From Hypanus sabinus (lineage: Eukaryota): a stretch of DNA of 64,000 nt. This document shows, piece by piece, positions 51,346 through 63,780 of this stretch. Each line of letters starts with the position of its first letter. Position 1 is the stretch's first letter. The stretch covers positions 163,060,001-163,124,000 of the forward strand of contig NC_082707.1 of assembly GCF_030144855.1 (NCBI RefSeq). Direction: 5' to 3'. A program made the translations under genes and the position numbers. Under the pieces are notes generated by a model. That model worked only from the letters and a program-made list of their open reading frames with translations. It searched no databases and was not told where the DNA came from.

Positions 51346-52751
51346 CATTGCTTTGCTGTGTCTCTGTATCACCAGAGCCCTCTTAACTGCTCTTTGAAAG
51401 TGAGTCCATGACAACTGGGGAGTTGGTGGAAGGTGGGAGCTGGGGGAGGTGAAGATCGGGATGATAGCAGTTGGTATGTGGAGGTGTGAATGGTAGGTTC
51501 AGGGCAACACAAAAATAAGCTGTTAACTTTTGGGTAAAGATGTAGAAGATACAGAAAAGAATAGTTCTTAAACTACTGTGACAACACTTGTAATAAAGGG
51601 ATAATTGATTGACCAGCTTCTGTCTAAATGCAGCAGCCCAGTTGTTACTTGAAATCTGTGGGTTTCAATTTCAAAGGATATTAGTCTTGACAACCCTTTA
51701 GCTTTGGTTAGGCAGCTTGATTAGTGGAAGCACAGTCAAATTTGATTGCAATGGACCGCCCCCAAATCCTTACATAGACAAAGCCAGTTTCACATAACAA
51801 CTTTGCCTAGTTGACACTCATACACTGACAGAACACAGCAGTCAGGCATGGTTTGTTCACTTCAAGACTAGTTTCTGCAAATTCTCAAGATACCAGGGAT
51901 TAGAACTTTACAAGTTTTCTGGTAAGTTTTAACAATCCATTTTTTACTGTATAGAATATGCTAACAGTGTCTAGTAAAACAATTCCTAGCCGAAAATCTT
52001 AATCTTAGATTTGTTGAATTCTGACCTGCTGAAAACTATGATTTATAATTCCATTCTGCACTCGTTGTTATATTTATATCATGAGACGACTTTTTTGAAT
52101 GTGTTTGCCAGTGCCCACGATGTTACCAAAAGAGTCAGCCTGTTACCTCTTAATATGAGTGCAAGATCAAAATACATTGTAATACTTTGTAATTACTTTG
52201 AAAGTATGCCAAGTAAACCTGACTAAGAAAACAAGGGGAGTAACTAACAACTGGAAAAAAAGTGCCTGATCAAGATAGTTGTAAAGAGCAGATCATGCAA
52301 ATGCATTTCTGAAGGGCAAGAACTTCAGGCATTTACCAAATGGTTTTGATTACCATGCTGCCTACATATCACACAAGGTCGGAATTATCAAATGCTGCCT
52401 TTAAATTTTTAATCAGCAGTACAAAGAAAATTTAAGCTGTATATCCCTTTCTTGAAAATTCTGAAATAAAATTAGAAATTAATATTTCTGTGGCTAAAAT
52501 TATTGAAGAGAGAAAATCAAAATAGCAATGCCCGGTCAATTCCAAAATGATCCAGATTACACTGTCTGTCATTCAACATGTAAAATTATATCAAGATCAG
52601 AGAAGAAGCAACAGATGGACTACCCTCATATATGGATTTATTAAATTAATTGTAAAATTCAGACGTTAGGACACTTAGGACCTAATAGGAATAAAGCAAT
52701 GTTTGACAGTCTAAATCCTGGAAATAAGAATTCCAAGTGGTTAACTGGCAA

Positions 52752-52943
52752 CACACACAAAATGCTGGAGGAACAGCAGGCTAGGCAGCATCTAAGGGAA
52801 AGAATACAGTCGAAGTTTTGGGTCAAGACCCTTAAGAAGGACTTGTCTCTTCTCCATAGATGCTGCCTGACCCGCTGAGTTCCTCCAGCATTTTGTGTGT
52901 GTTGCTTAGATATCCAGCATCTGCAGATTTTCTCGTTTATGAT
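52752..52943. mobile_element. 192-bp fold-back Penelope mini-insertion
   Basis: 14-bp TSD TGGTTAACTGGCAA (52738-52751, 52944-52957); two opposed terminal repeats, no coding sequence. Confidence 0.88.
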
Positions 52944-53314
52944 TGGTTAACTGGCAAGCTAGAGTAAAGGTCAACTGTCCATTGCCTGAATAAATTGCTT
53001 GTATTTTGTATACTACTTCAAATAATTTTTCAGTAAGTACTTTCTACAGTGTATAAAAAAATATATTGCCTAGAAGCTAAACTTCATGCTTATTTGATAA
53101 GCTAAGAGGGTCCTACGTTTAACATTATTTGCCCTCTCAAGTGCCAGCCCTAAAAGAAAATGGGAAAAAGTAACATATAAAAACTTGATAGTAATTTTCA
53201 TTCTCATGACTACAATAAGGTTCAGCCACTCCCAGTGGTAGCTGCTGTAACTTTGCACTTGAAAGGTGGGGAAATGTGTCACTGCCTTAAAAACTCTCTC
53301 TACCAATACAGTAA

Positions 53315-54215
53315 TGAATCGGAATCAATCAGACTTATGTTTATTAACACTGCTTTCTAGGACATGAATTTTTTTTTGTTTTGTAGCAGCATTACCATGC
53401 AAAATCAAACAATTACTAAAAATTACAAAAACAAAACAAATAGTGCAGTGAATAAAAAGGAATAATGAGTAAGTATTCATGTTCATTCAGAAATCTGGTG
53501 GCAGAGGGGAAGAAGCTATTCTGACAAGCTGTGTGTAGGTCTTCAGGCTCCAACACCCTTTCCCTGATGAAAGTAATGAGAAGAATGCATGTGTCCCAGA
53601 TGGTGAGAGTCTTAGTGATGGTTGCTGCTTTCCTGAGGCATCACCTCTTGAAATGGAGCTGGGTGAATTGACAATTTTCCACACCCACTTATGATTCTGT
53701 GTATTGGAGTCTCCAAACATGGAACCAGTCAAATGCTCTTCACCATATATTTGGAGAAATTTGGAAGTCTTTGGCAACATACCAAATCTCCCCAAACTCC
53801 TGACAAAGTTGAGCTGCTGGGATGCCTTTTTCATGATTACATCTACGTCAGATGTAAGCCCAAGAAGATCCTCCGAGATGTTGATTGCCAGGAACTTAAA
53901 GCTGCTCACCCTTTTCAATGAGGAATAATGCATGATCTTCTGAGTTCCTCTTCCTGAATTGTATAGTCAGTTCCTTGGTCTTGTTGAGGTTAAGTACAAG
54001 ATTGTTGTTGTGGCACAATGAACCAACTTATCTCACTCCAGTCCACCTTCTTGTCCTCATTGGAGATCTTACCAACAACAGTGGTCACCTGCAAATTTAG
54101 AGATTGCATTGGAGCTGTGTTTAGCCACAGAATCATGAGTGTAGCGAACAGAACAGTGGTCTAAACATGCATTTTTGAGGTGCACCTGTGTTGACTGTCA
54201 GCAAGGAAGAGGTAT
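53315..54215 (-). mobile_element. Rex/Babar-type LINE 3' fragment
   Basis: ORF 53487-53933 (RVSSFKFLAINISEDL...KKASQQLNFVRSLGRFGM). Confidence 0.78.
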
Positions 54216-54249
54216 GCATGTGTATAGTTGAATAACGATAAACTTGAAC

Positions 54250-56620
54250 TCTATATTCTAAAAGGCAGAATGATGCAACTGTGGCTGACAAGAGAAGTCA
54301 AAGCCAACATAAAAGCAAAATGGAGGGCATATAATAGAGCAAAAATTAGTGGGAAGTTAGAGCATTGCGAAGCTTTTAGACACCAATAGAATGCAAATAA
54401 ATAAGCCATAAGGAAGGAAAGGATAAAATATAAAGGGAAGCTAACCAATAATATCAAGAAGAATACAAAAGTTTTTTTCAGATTTACAAACTGTAAAAGA
54501 GAGGTGAGAGTAAATACAGACTGCTGAAAAATGATGCTGGAGAGGTAGTTATAGGGGACAAGGAACTGGCGGGTGAGTTGAATAAGTACTTTGCATCAGT
54601 CCCCACTGTGGAAGACACTAACAGTATGCTGGAAGTTCGAGAGTGTCAGGAGGCAGAAGTGAGTGCCATTGCTGTGACAAAGGAGAAGGTGCTTGGAAAG
54701 CTGAAAGGTTTGAAGGTAGGTACGTCAGATGGACAACACCCTAGGATTCTGAAGGAGGTAGTTGGAGATATTGTAGAGGCATTAGTAATCACTAGATTCT
54801 GGTGTAGTTCTGGGGGACTGGAAAATTGCAAATGTCACTTCACTCTTCAAGAAAGGTGTAAGGCAGATGAAAGGAAATAATAGGCCTGTTAACCTGACGT
54901 TTTGGGGTACTTGGAGACACATGATAAAATAGGCCAAAATCAGCATGGTTTCTTTCTGGGGAAATCTTTCCTGACAGATCTGTTGGAATTCTTTGAGGAA
55001 ATATCAAGCAGGATAGACAAAGGAGAATCAGTGGATGTTGTGTACTTTTCTGATCGTCTGCTGGTGACAAATTGTGCTTCACAGGGGTCAGCGTTGAGCC
55101 CGTTTCATTTTACGTTATATATCAATGATTTGGATGATGGAATTGATGGCTTTGTGGGCAAATTTGAGGATGTTATGAAGATAGGTGGTGGTGTGGGTAG
55201 TGTTGAGGAAGCAGGAAGGTTGCAGAAGGACTTAGACAGACTAGGAGAATGGGCAAAGCGGCAGATGGAATACAGTGTTGGGAAGTGTATGGATATGCAC
55301 TTTGGTAGATGAAATAAAGGCTATTTTCTAAATGGGGAGAAAATTCAGAAATTAGATATGCAAAAAGCCTTGGGAATCCTCATGCAGTATTCCCAAAAGG
55401 TTAAATCGCTGGTTGAGTCGATGGTAAAGAAGGCAAATGCAATGTTAGCATTCGAGAGGCCTAGAATACAAAAGCAAGGATACAATGTTGACACTTTATA
55501 AGGCATTGGTCAGACCGCACTTCAAAGTAAATTTATTACCAAAATACATATATGTCACTAGGTTCTCATTAGGTTTGATTTTATCATTTAAAAAAAAATT
55601 GGATAGGTATATAGACAGGAAAGGAATGGAGGGTTATGGGCTGAGTGCAGGTAGGTGGGACTAGGTGAGAGTAAGTGTTCGGCACGGACTAGAAGGGCAT
55701 AGATGGCCTGTTTCCGTGCTGTAATTGTTATATGGTTATATGTTATCAAACGCAAACATGAGATTCACTTTCTTGTGGGCATACTCAATTAGTCCATAAT
55801 AGAATAATAATCATAATAGAATAAATGAAAGACTGCGCCAATCTGGGCATTCAACCAGTATGGAAAAGACAACAAACTGTGCAAATACAAAAATAAAAAA
55901 TAAATAATAATAATAATAATAATGATAAAATATGCAATGAATGTTGAGATCATGAGATGAACAGTCCTTGAAAGTGAGTCCATAGGTTGTGGGAACATTT
56001 CAGTGATGGGCCAAGAGAAGTTGAGTGAAGTTATCCCCTTTGGTTCAAGAACCTGATGATTGAGGGGTAATAACTGTTCCTGAACTTGATTACCTATGAA
56101 CACTTGGAATAGCATGAGCACTTTTGGGCCCCTTATCCAAGAAAGCATCCACTGGCATTGGAGGAGGTTCGCAAGTTTGATCCTAAGAATGAAAAGAGTT
56201 GATGTATAAGAAGTGTTTGATGGCTCTGGGCCTGTACTCACTGGAGTTTAGAAGAATGAGGGGGGCATCCAATTGAAACTTCTCGAATATTGAATGGCCT
56301 AGATAGAGTGGATGTTGAGAGAATGTTTCCTGTAGTGGGGGAGTCTGAAACTAGGATGTCACTTTAGAACAGTGATGTGGAGGAATTGCTTTAGCCAGAA
56401 ACTGGTGAATCTGTGGAATTCATTACCACAGACAGCTGCAGAGGACAAATCATTGGGTATATTTACAGGAGGTTGATAGGCTGTTGATTAGTAAGGGCAT
56501 CAATAATTACAGGGAGAAGGCAGAAGAATGGGATTGAGAGGGATATATCTGTCTTGATGGAATGGCAGAGCAGAAATTCAATGGGCTGAATGGCCTAATT
56601 TGCTCCTATGCCTCATGGTC
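54250..56620 (+). mobile_element. internally deleted CR1 containing a nested Rex/Babar 3' end (~55520-56090, minus), which itself contains a CR1 tail (~55575-55742)
   Basis: CR1 ORFs 54578-54880 and 54902-55312; CR1 sequence breaks at CAGACCGCACTT and resumes at CACTTGGAATAG (~56100). Confidence 0.8.
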
Positions 56621-56629
56621 TTTTGGAAA

Positions 56630-56876
56630 GCATTGTCTGCATCAAATCAAATCAATGACGATTGCCCTGGGTAGCTCGCAAGTGTTGCCACTCTTCTGAT
56701 GCCAATATTGTATATCGACAATTTACTCACTAATGGTAACGGATATGGGAGGAAACCAGAGCACCCGGAGGAAACACACATAGTCACAAGGACAATGTAC
56801 AAACTCTTTACAGACACAGATCTTATGTCAGGGTTCTGTAAACAGTGGCTCTAACTGCTATACTACCATCCTGCCC
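56630..56876 (-). mobile_element. tRNA-derived SINE (HE1/V-SINE-like)
   Basis: GGAGGAAACCAGAGCACCCGGAGGAAAC core; matches 57995-58270. Confidence 0.75.
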
Positions 56877-56884
56877 AAACCTCA

Positions 56885-56956
56885 CGTCCAATGTGGAGCT
56901 CAAACCCATGACCCTGCGATTAAGAATCTCATACTCTACTGATGGGGTAGCTGGGC
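56885..56956 (-). pseudogene. tRNA-Lys(CTT) pseudogene
   Basis: Minus strand GCCCAGCTACCCCATCAGTAGAGTATGAGATTCTTAATCGCAGGGTCATGGGTTTGAGCTCCACATTGGACG is colinear with vertebrate tRNA-Lys-CTT with ~13 changes (several CpG transitions, damaged T-loop); no CCA. Confidence 0.85.
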
Positions 56957-57994
56957 AGTGAGCCGAGTTAGTATTTACTCAATACATATTGAATACTAAG
57001 GTATAATATTAATTTCTGGGCAGTTGCATTCATAAGAATTAGGAGCAGGAGCAAGCTATCTAGCCTGTTGAGCCTGCCCCACCACCAACAGTAAAACCTG
57101 GAGCCAAGTCAGGTTATTTTGTTTCCCAATCCCTGTTTCATTAAGTAGTAACATCTTATAAATATGGTCAATTTGCATGACTTTACATTTCTGCCTCTCC
57201 ACTGCCTCTTTACTGCCAGAAAATTTATCCAACACCAATTCCAAATGAGTCATAATTTCCTTCAAACAAACGTTGGAGACTGGTGGTCCTATCACAGAAT
57301 GCCTCCCATTTACCAATTCCAAGTACCTCCCTAGTTCACATCTCAGTTCACAACCTCTGACCCCTGGCTGAGTTTCCAGACCAAACCAATATTCTCCATG
57401 TTATAGAGAGCATCTCTAAATTATAGATAGCTATAATTTCTTCCCTGTAATATTATGTTAATTTTCCATTTGTGTTATAACACACGCTTTTGCTGCCTTA
57501 AGAAAATACTATTCCAATGTTCTCCTGACATGCTTTCCAATTCCTAATCCTTCCAATCTGTAACCTGATTGCCTGTATTCTAACCTCTACCAAATCCCTC
57601 TTACCTCTGTGACAGCCAATTACACTGGCCGTCATCCTCATATTTAAATAATTTATGGTCTCTCACGTTCTATATCTGTAACATTCTTCTGAGCTCCAAG
57701 AATCCTGATTTCCTGCAACCCTTGCTGCAAGTACATACCTACTGTAATTGCCTTAAGCCAGGTAGGTCCTACTGTAAATCTGCCTTTCATCTTTCAGTTC
57801 AAAACACAGCTTAAAATTGTTCTTTTTGCCTGGCTTTTAGTCACCCAATCTGGCCTTTTTCAGCTTTGTTTGATTACACCTCTATTTTACTACATAAAAG
57901 ATACATTACAAATACCTATTTTTGCTGTACTTACACTCCCATGTTTTAGAGAATCAAATGCATATGTAATGTATGTAAAGAAAACATTTAAAAG

Positions 57995-58270
57995 ATTAGT
58001 TTTATTTGTCACATGTACATTGAAACATCTAAGCATACAGTGAGATCTGACATCTGCGTCAAATCAAATCAGCAAGGACTGTGCTAGACAGCCCACAACT
58101 GTCTCCACATTTCCGGTGTCAATGTTGCATGCTCACAACTTCCCAAATCTAACCATACATCTTCAGAATGTGGGAGGAAATCGAAGCTCCCGGAGGACAC
58201 CCACGCAGTCACAGGAAGAACACGCAAACTCCTTACAGACAGCGGCAGGAATCGAACCCCAATTGGTAAT
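57995..58270 (-). mobile_element. tRNA-derived SINE (HE1/V-SINE-like)
   Basis: GGAATCGAACCC (B-box, reverse), CCCGGAGGACACCCACGCAGTCAC core, LINE-like tail. Confidence 0.78.
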
Positions 58271-59812
58271 CATTTCAATCAACCCTTGTTCAAAATATTT
58301 AACTCTGACCTTACTTGTGCTTTGTTAAATGCAACGTCGCAGGCGCAGTCTAAATAATACACAGAAATGAATATTACATGATTGCACAAACTGCAATCGC
58401 ATTAAAAAGATGAACGAATAGCCCACTTGTGCAGCTAATTCTTCCTAAATGTAGAATCAGACGAGAAAGTTTCCTCAGTTAAATATGACCACATTGATTA
58501 AGCGTTGTAGTATCAATCGGTTCCCTATTCCAAACCAACCGATAAAAATAGCCGTTTTAAAGCCTTTTTTTCTGAGTGTAATCCAATGGACAATGAGTTA
58601 AGGACATTTTAATTTATAATGATGTGTATTAGGTGAATTAGGTTGATAGTATAAATTATCATATGAATTAAGGGCAAAATGCAGTTTAAAATCAGATCAC
58701 TATTTTGTTTCTTTGTATTAAAAAGATGAACTCAATCTAAGTGTACGAATTTCTATTTTCTGAGATGAACTCAGTCTAAGTGTATATATTTTAAGTCATG
58801 TCTGTGCACCAACTTATAGTGAATTCAGCCGTTTTATGGAAAGTTAAGATTTATAATTGAGGAAGCAATGAATGCTTCAGAGTATTTTTCATTTGCGATA
58901 TTTTGTAATACATCATTTGGAACCAAGAGCCAAAATAGAATTTCAGCATTGACCCCTTTACATTGTTTTTCTGACTGTTGAATCTTGAAAGTCACTTCAT
59001 TCTTCTTGAAATATGTGACATTGATTTTAGTTTTGATAAAAAATATTCTTTCTTTGATGCCTTTTCATAGTAATGAAGCAGTTAATCAGATACCTGTATT
59101 TAATTAGAATGATATTCTTCAAATCATCTCATCAATTAATTGTATTACTTTTACTGCATTTGTTTTGAACTGATGAAAATAATGACAGCATAGAACCACT
59201 AGGCTGATATAGAATGAAGATTGTATTGCTCTGAACTGTTTGCTGCTGTTGATAAACTTGGCAACTCTGTTGAGCAACTATAGGTGTTCAATATTCTTTC
59301 GGGATTCCAACCCACTTCTGTATTTGACAGCTTGAATCATGCATTTAATATAACCCAGATGTAGGAGAAGCACCTAATGTGCAAGAATGGGCTACTAGTC
59401 CCTGTTATAAGAAAAAAACTAAGCTTCACTTTACTGTAGATTCATGTCATACACCAATGTTATTGCAGTAACAACACTTCGAAAACATTTCTTTGGCTCC
59501 AGATGTTTTAGGAAGCTGCTGGAAAGGGGTTTTTTTTAAATCTAATGCATTGTTTTAAGAACTAACTTTTTCCTCATTTTACTGTAAAGAGAATTTATCA
59601 GCAAAGTAGCATATTTCAGAATTATAGAGGCAGAAATTTGAACATAAATTCTGCATCACGGATTTTGTAAAATTAAAGAAACTGAGCCTGTATAAATTAC
59701 AATGAATCAAGTTCCTAATGAAGTGAGAACATAAGAAGTAGTGAACAATCCTCAAACCATACCTTATTGTATTGGTAACACCACAGATATTGCACAATCC
59801 ATACTAATCCAA

Positions 59813-60852
59813 AGTTCAAAGAACATTCATTATCAAAGTATGTACAGAATACTTAATGCAACCTTGAGGTTCGTCTCCTAAAAGGCAGTCACAAAACAAA
59901 GAAACCCAATAGAACACATAAAACAAAAGACCATCACACACCCAACCTAGAGAGAAAACAAAACAAATTGTGCAAACAATAAAAATAAGCAAATAACATT
60001 CAGAACTGAAGTTCATGAAGCCAAGCATCACTACAGCCAATTCAGAATTCCATTAGTTGCGTGTCACAATTAGTGATGTGTAAACCTCATGGAGCAGTGA
60101 GTTGATCTGGCTTGTGCCTTGCCTGAACCCTGATACCCTGACCATTTCTGACCTGACCTGGCCTGCTGGTTAAATTATCCAAATCTCATACCATTCCTCG
60201 CTCTCAGACCTGGGCCCTGTCTCTTTGATACACTTTTGGGTCCAGGTGCTGCTGTCTCGATTCAGTCCATACCTGATCTTTCCGGTTCAACTCAGCACTT
60301 AAATTGATCAAACCTCAGGCCTTTGCTCACTCACAGGCCTGGACCTTGTCTTGACTCCGCCTCACCTCGTTTCTGCCGCACTGAATTGCCCCATGTCTGC
60401 TCCAGCAACGACCATACATCAGTTCATTCCCCGCTCTCTGGCCCAGACTAGTCATAACTGTCCTATTCCTCCGGGATTTCAGTTCACATCACAAAAATGC
60501 CACATCGTACTGGCCGTTCAAAAGTTCAATTCCGACAGGGAAGTTATAGGCTATTGTTTGCAATGATCGTTTACCAGAAATAGTGTAATTAATAAAGTAT
60601 TTAGAAAACACAGACAAAATGCTGGAGGATCTCAGCAGGCCTGGCAGCACCTATAGAAAAAAGTACAGCCGAGACATTGATTGTATTTTTTTCCCATTGA
60701 TGATGCCTGGCCTACTGAGTTCCTCCAGCACTTTGTGTGTGTTGCTTGGATTTCCAGCATCTGCAGATTTTCTATTGTTTGTGAAAGTATTTAGATGTTT
60801 GCTTTAGTTTTATTGGCCACCAGCAAACAGTCACTGAGATTCACCTGCGCCA
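59813..60852 (-). mobile_element. non-coding repeat with Rex/Babar-like 3' tail (probable non-autonomous retroelement)
   Basis: Plus strand begins AGTTCAAAGAACATTCATTATCAAAGTA, like the other Rex/Babar tails; body lacks RT similarity; 5' boundary uncertain. Confidence 0.45.
60606..60783. mobile_element. 178-bp fold-back Penelope mini-insertion
   Basis: 12-bp TSD AAAGTATTTAGA (60594-60605, 60784-60795); opposed terminal repeats. Confidence 0.88.
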
Positions 60853-60879
60853 CATAGGTATTAGATTTTTCTTAAAGAA

Positions 60880-61265
60880 GTGATCACGATTCCAGTGGCC
60901 CAATTTCAATCCTGACCTCTGAGGCTGACTGTGTGGGAGTCCCGTGACAATATGGGTTTACTCTTGGAGCTCTGCTTTCATCCGGCATTCCAAAAACATT
61001 TAGTTTGCAATTGTAAATTGCTCTTAATGAGTATGTGAATGGTAACACGAGTGAATCTGCAGATGCTGGAAATAAATAAAAACACAAAATGCTGTCTGGC
61101 CTGCTGAGTTCTGCCAGTATTTTGTATTTTTATGTTGAATGGTAAAATCTCTTTATGGGAATGTGATAAGAATAAGATGGCATCAATATACATGTGTGCT
61201 TAATGATTGACAGAACTCAATGAGCCAATGACCATGTTTCTGTGCTGCACATCTCTGACTCTAAT
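60880..61265 (+). mobile_element. HE1/V-type SINE carrying a 90-bp Penelope fold-back (61046-61135)
   Basis: SINE body is continuous across the insert; 10-bp TSD TGAATGGTAA (61036-61045, 61136-61145). Confidence 0.75.
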
Positions 61266-61269
61266 AACT

Positions 61270-61600
61270 TAAATTCTGAAGACCAAGTGAGAGGGAAGGT
61301 AGGTGGGTGGGGGGGGGGGGGGGGAAGGAACTTTGTAACAAGCTGGGAAGTGATAGGTGGAAGAGGTAAAGGGCTAATAGGCGAGGACAGAGGACCCTAT
61401 AATAAAGGGAGGAGGTGGGGAACCAGAAGGAGTGATGGGCAGGGAAGATGGGGTGAGAGGGGAATGGAAAAAGAGAGAAGAAGATGATGGGGATAAAAGA
61501 GAGGTGAGTGGTTACTGGAACCTAGGGAAATTGATGTTCATGACGTCAGGTTGGAGGCTACCCAGACAGAGTATGAAGTGTTGCTCCTCCAATCTGAGTT
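61270..61600 (-). mobile_element. Penelope 3' UTR and GIY-YIG C-terminal remnant
   Basis: TTGATGTTCATGACGTCAGGTTGGAGGCTACCCAGAC matches 1510-1540 and 42945-42980. Confidence 0.75.
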
Positions 61601-63154
61601 TGGGTGTTTCTCCAGAAGTTTGTATTTTGAACAAATTATTATCTCTGCTTACACACTTCTTCATTACCTATTTTTAAGGGCACCATCAGCCTAAAAAAAT
61701 ACATTAATTCTGGGTTTGTAGAACACTCAGATGAAATGTGCATCAAATTTTAAATTAAAAACAGAACATACTGAAAACACCCAGCAGGTCAGGCAGCATT
61801 GTGTATAATGTTAGAGAGTTAATCTCTCATGCTCAGAACGTTAAATCTGTTTCTTTTTCCACAGATGTTGGCTAACCAGCTGTGTGTTTATTTTGTATGG
61901 GCAGATTTATTTTTTGTTTCTATTTTAGATTTTAGCTATTTTAATATTTTCATTGATTAATATGCACTATGGTAATTATGTGCATGTGATTTGATGTGAC
62001 TAATATCCATGTTTTGTTTTAATCATAAAATTATGATTTAAATTATTAAGAACTGAATACTGGCATCTAAATGGGCTTGATCATGCTGCATCTGGTCTGC
62101 TGGCCAGGCTTGCTATGTGCAATGCCTGTCTGCTCACATTTTTTGGATGTGGAAGGCTGAAAGAATTGACCCAGTGGATCCAAGAAGAGTCTTGCAGTGA
62201 AGAATAGGGTGCAAGGGACGTGAGTAGATTTGGAGCACCAATCCCAAGGCTCTACCCTCAAAACAGCTTGACGGCTTTCTGCTGCACAAAGGATTAAAAG
62301 ATATCTTTGATCATGGAAAGGATTTAAAAAATTAGTCAAATGGACTGCAATAATTAAAAATAAAAACAATTAAAACCAGAGTAATTAAAATTACAAAATA
62401 AAACAAATAACTAAAGAGAGTAAAATAACACAATGAACCTACCATTTCCCACAGAGTTGGCAAAAGAAATCTCCAAACTATTTTGCTAATGCGCTGGCTT
62501 CCACTCTATGACTCACATGGGCTTCTAATTATTTTTAGCTTGGTATGTGCTTGGCTGCCCAGTGAGAAATCTGTAAGAACAGGATACTTTCCCATGAGTT
62601 ACTCATTGGTTTTATGTCAGTGGAACGTACGCCTCTAGGTTTGAAACTAAGAACACAACATCAAATCCTTTTAAATATTTTTAAAAGATTTTTCAATAAA
62701 GCCATTATTATGTTGATAATGATGCCATTATGTTGCTCTGTAGTGATTCACATTATCAGAAATCAAATTTTTGCAGATTCTGATCAAGACATTTTTTAAA
62801 GACTTTTTATTCACTGCAATATTAAATCAATGTGGCTGGAAGAGTAGCCATTTAAAGCAATGAAGTGCCACACCATCAAATCACCATCATGAGTGCCCTT
62901 GCCAGAAGTTCAACAGATTAAGAGTTGATGCCTACTACTCTCCAGAGGACGAAGTTCTGGTCCATGTGGAGTGATTAATGACTGCCAGAGATATTATGTT
63001 CTTTCACACAAATGAAAAGGAAAATCTCCAGGATAAACTGATAAACCTTTCCCCTCTCATGAAATGTTGCTTTACAATGACAAACTGAAAGTTTAAAAGC
63101 AGGTTACTTAACTTGTGTATATTGTTTGCTGTAAAATTTGACCTAAAATTAAGT

Positions 63155-63780
63155 TACAGAGCCATACAGCACAGAAATAGGCCCTTCAGCCCAACTGATT
63201 CATGTTAACCAAGATTTCCATTTCAGTTAGTCCCGTTTGCCTGTGTTTGGCCCACATCCCTCTAAATCTTTCCTACCTGTGTACCTTCTAAATATTGTTA
63301 ATGCATTTGCCTCCACCACTTACTCTGGAAGCTCATTCCATATACTGACCGTTCAGTAAAAGAATTCCCCCTCGGCTTCCTCCCTGTCACCTTAAACCTA
63401 TGCCCACTAGTTCTTGATTTCTCAACCCTTGGAGTAGATAGAGTGCATTTGCCCCATCTATGGCCCTCATAATTTTATGCATCTCTATAAAATTATCCCT
63501 CAGTCACATTTGCTTCGGTGAAACAAGACCCAACTGGCTCAACGCCTCTCTGAGATCCTTTCAGTCACAGCGGCATCCTCATAAATTTCCTCTGCACTCT
63601 TTCCAGCTTAATGGCATCTTTCCTTCAGAGGGTGACAAAAACTAAAAACAATATTCCAAATACAGTCTCACTACTGTCTTATGCAGCTGCAACATAGCAT
63701 CTCAACCTCTGCTCTCAGTGCCCTGACTGATGAAGGCCAGCATGTCACAAGCCTTCTCGACCACCCTGTCTATCTGCATG
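63155..63780 (-). mobile_element. CR1 LINE 3' fragment
   Basis: Reverse-complement CR1 3' UTR and ORF2 C-terminus (ACAGCACAGAAATAGGCCCTTCAGCCCAAC...CACCTTAAACCTATGCCCACTAG). Confidence 0.78.

Noticed and set aside
51810-51927. Strong donors CTG/GTAAGT (51921, also 38759) and an exon-like segment at 17712-17763 as possible AHNAK2 exons
   Set aside because: No similarity to the AHNAK2 sequence expected next and no in-frame ATG; isolated splice-like motifs are common.
58724-58784. 22-bp direct repeat AGATGAACTCA(A/G)TCTAAGTGTA with a 17-bp spacer (CRISPR-like look)
   Set aside because: Only two units in a vertebrate intron with no cas genes; a simple local duplication.
61305-61325. Poly-G runs (also 36969-36980) and an (AAT)n tract near 55903-55923
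   Set aside because: Simple repeats within or beside transposon UTRs; no evidence of function.
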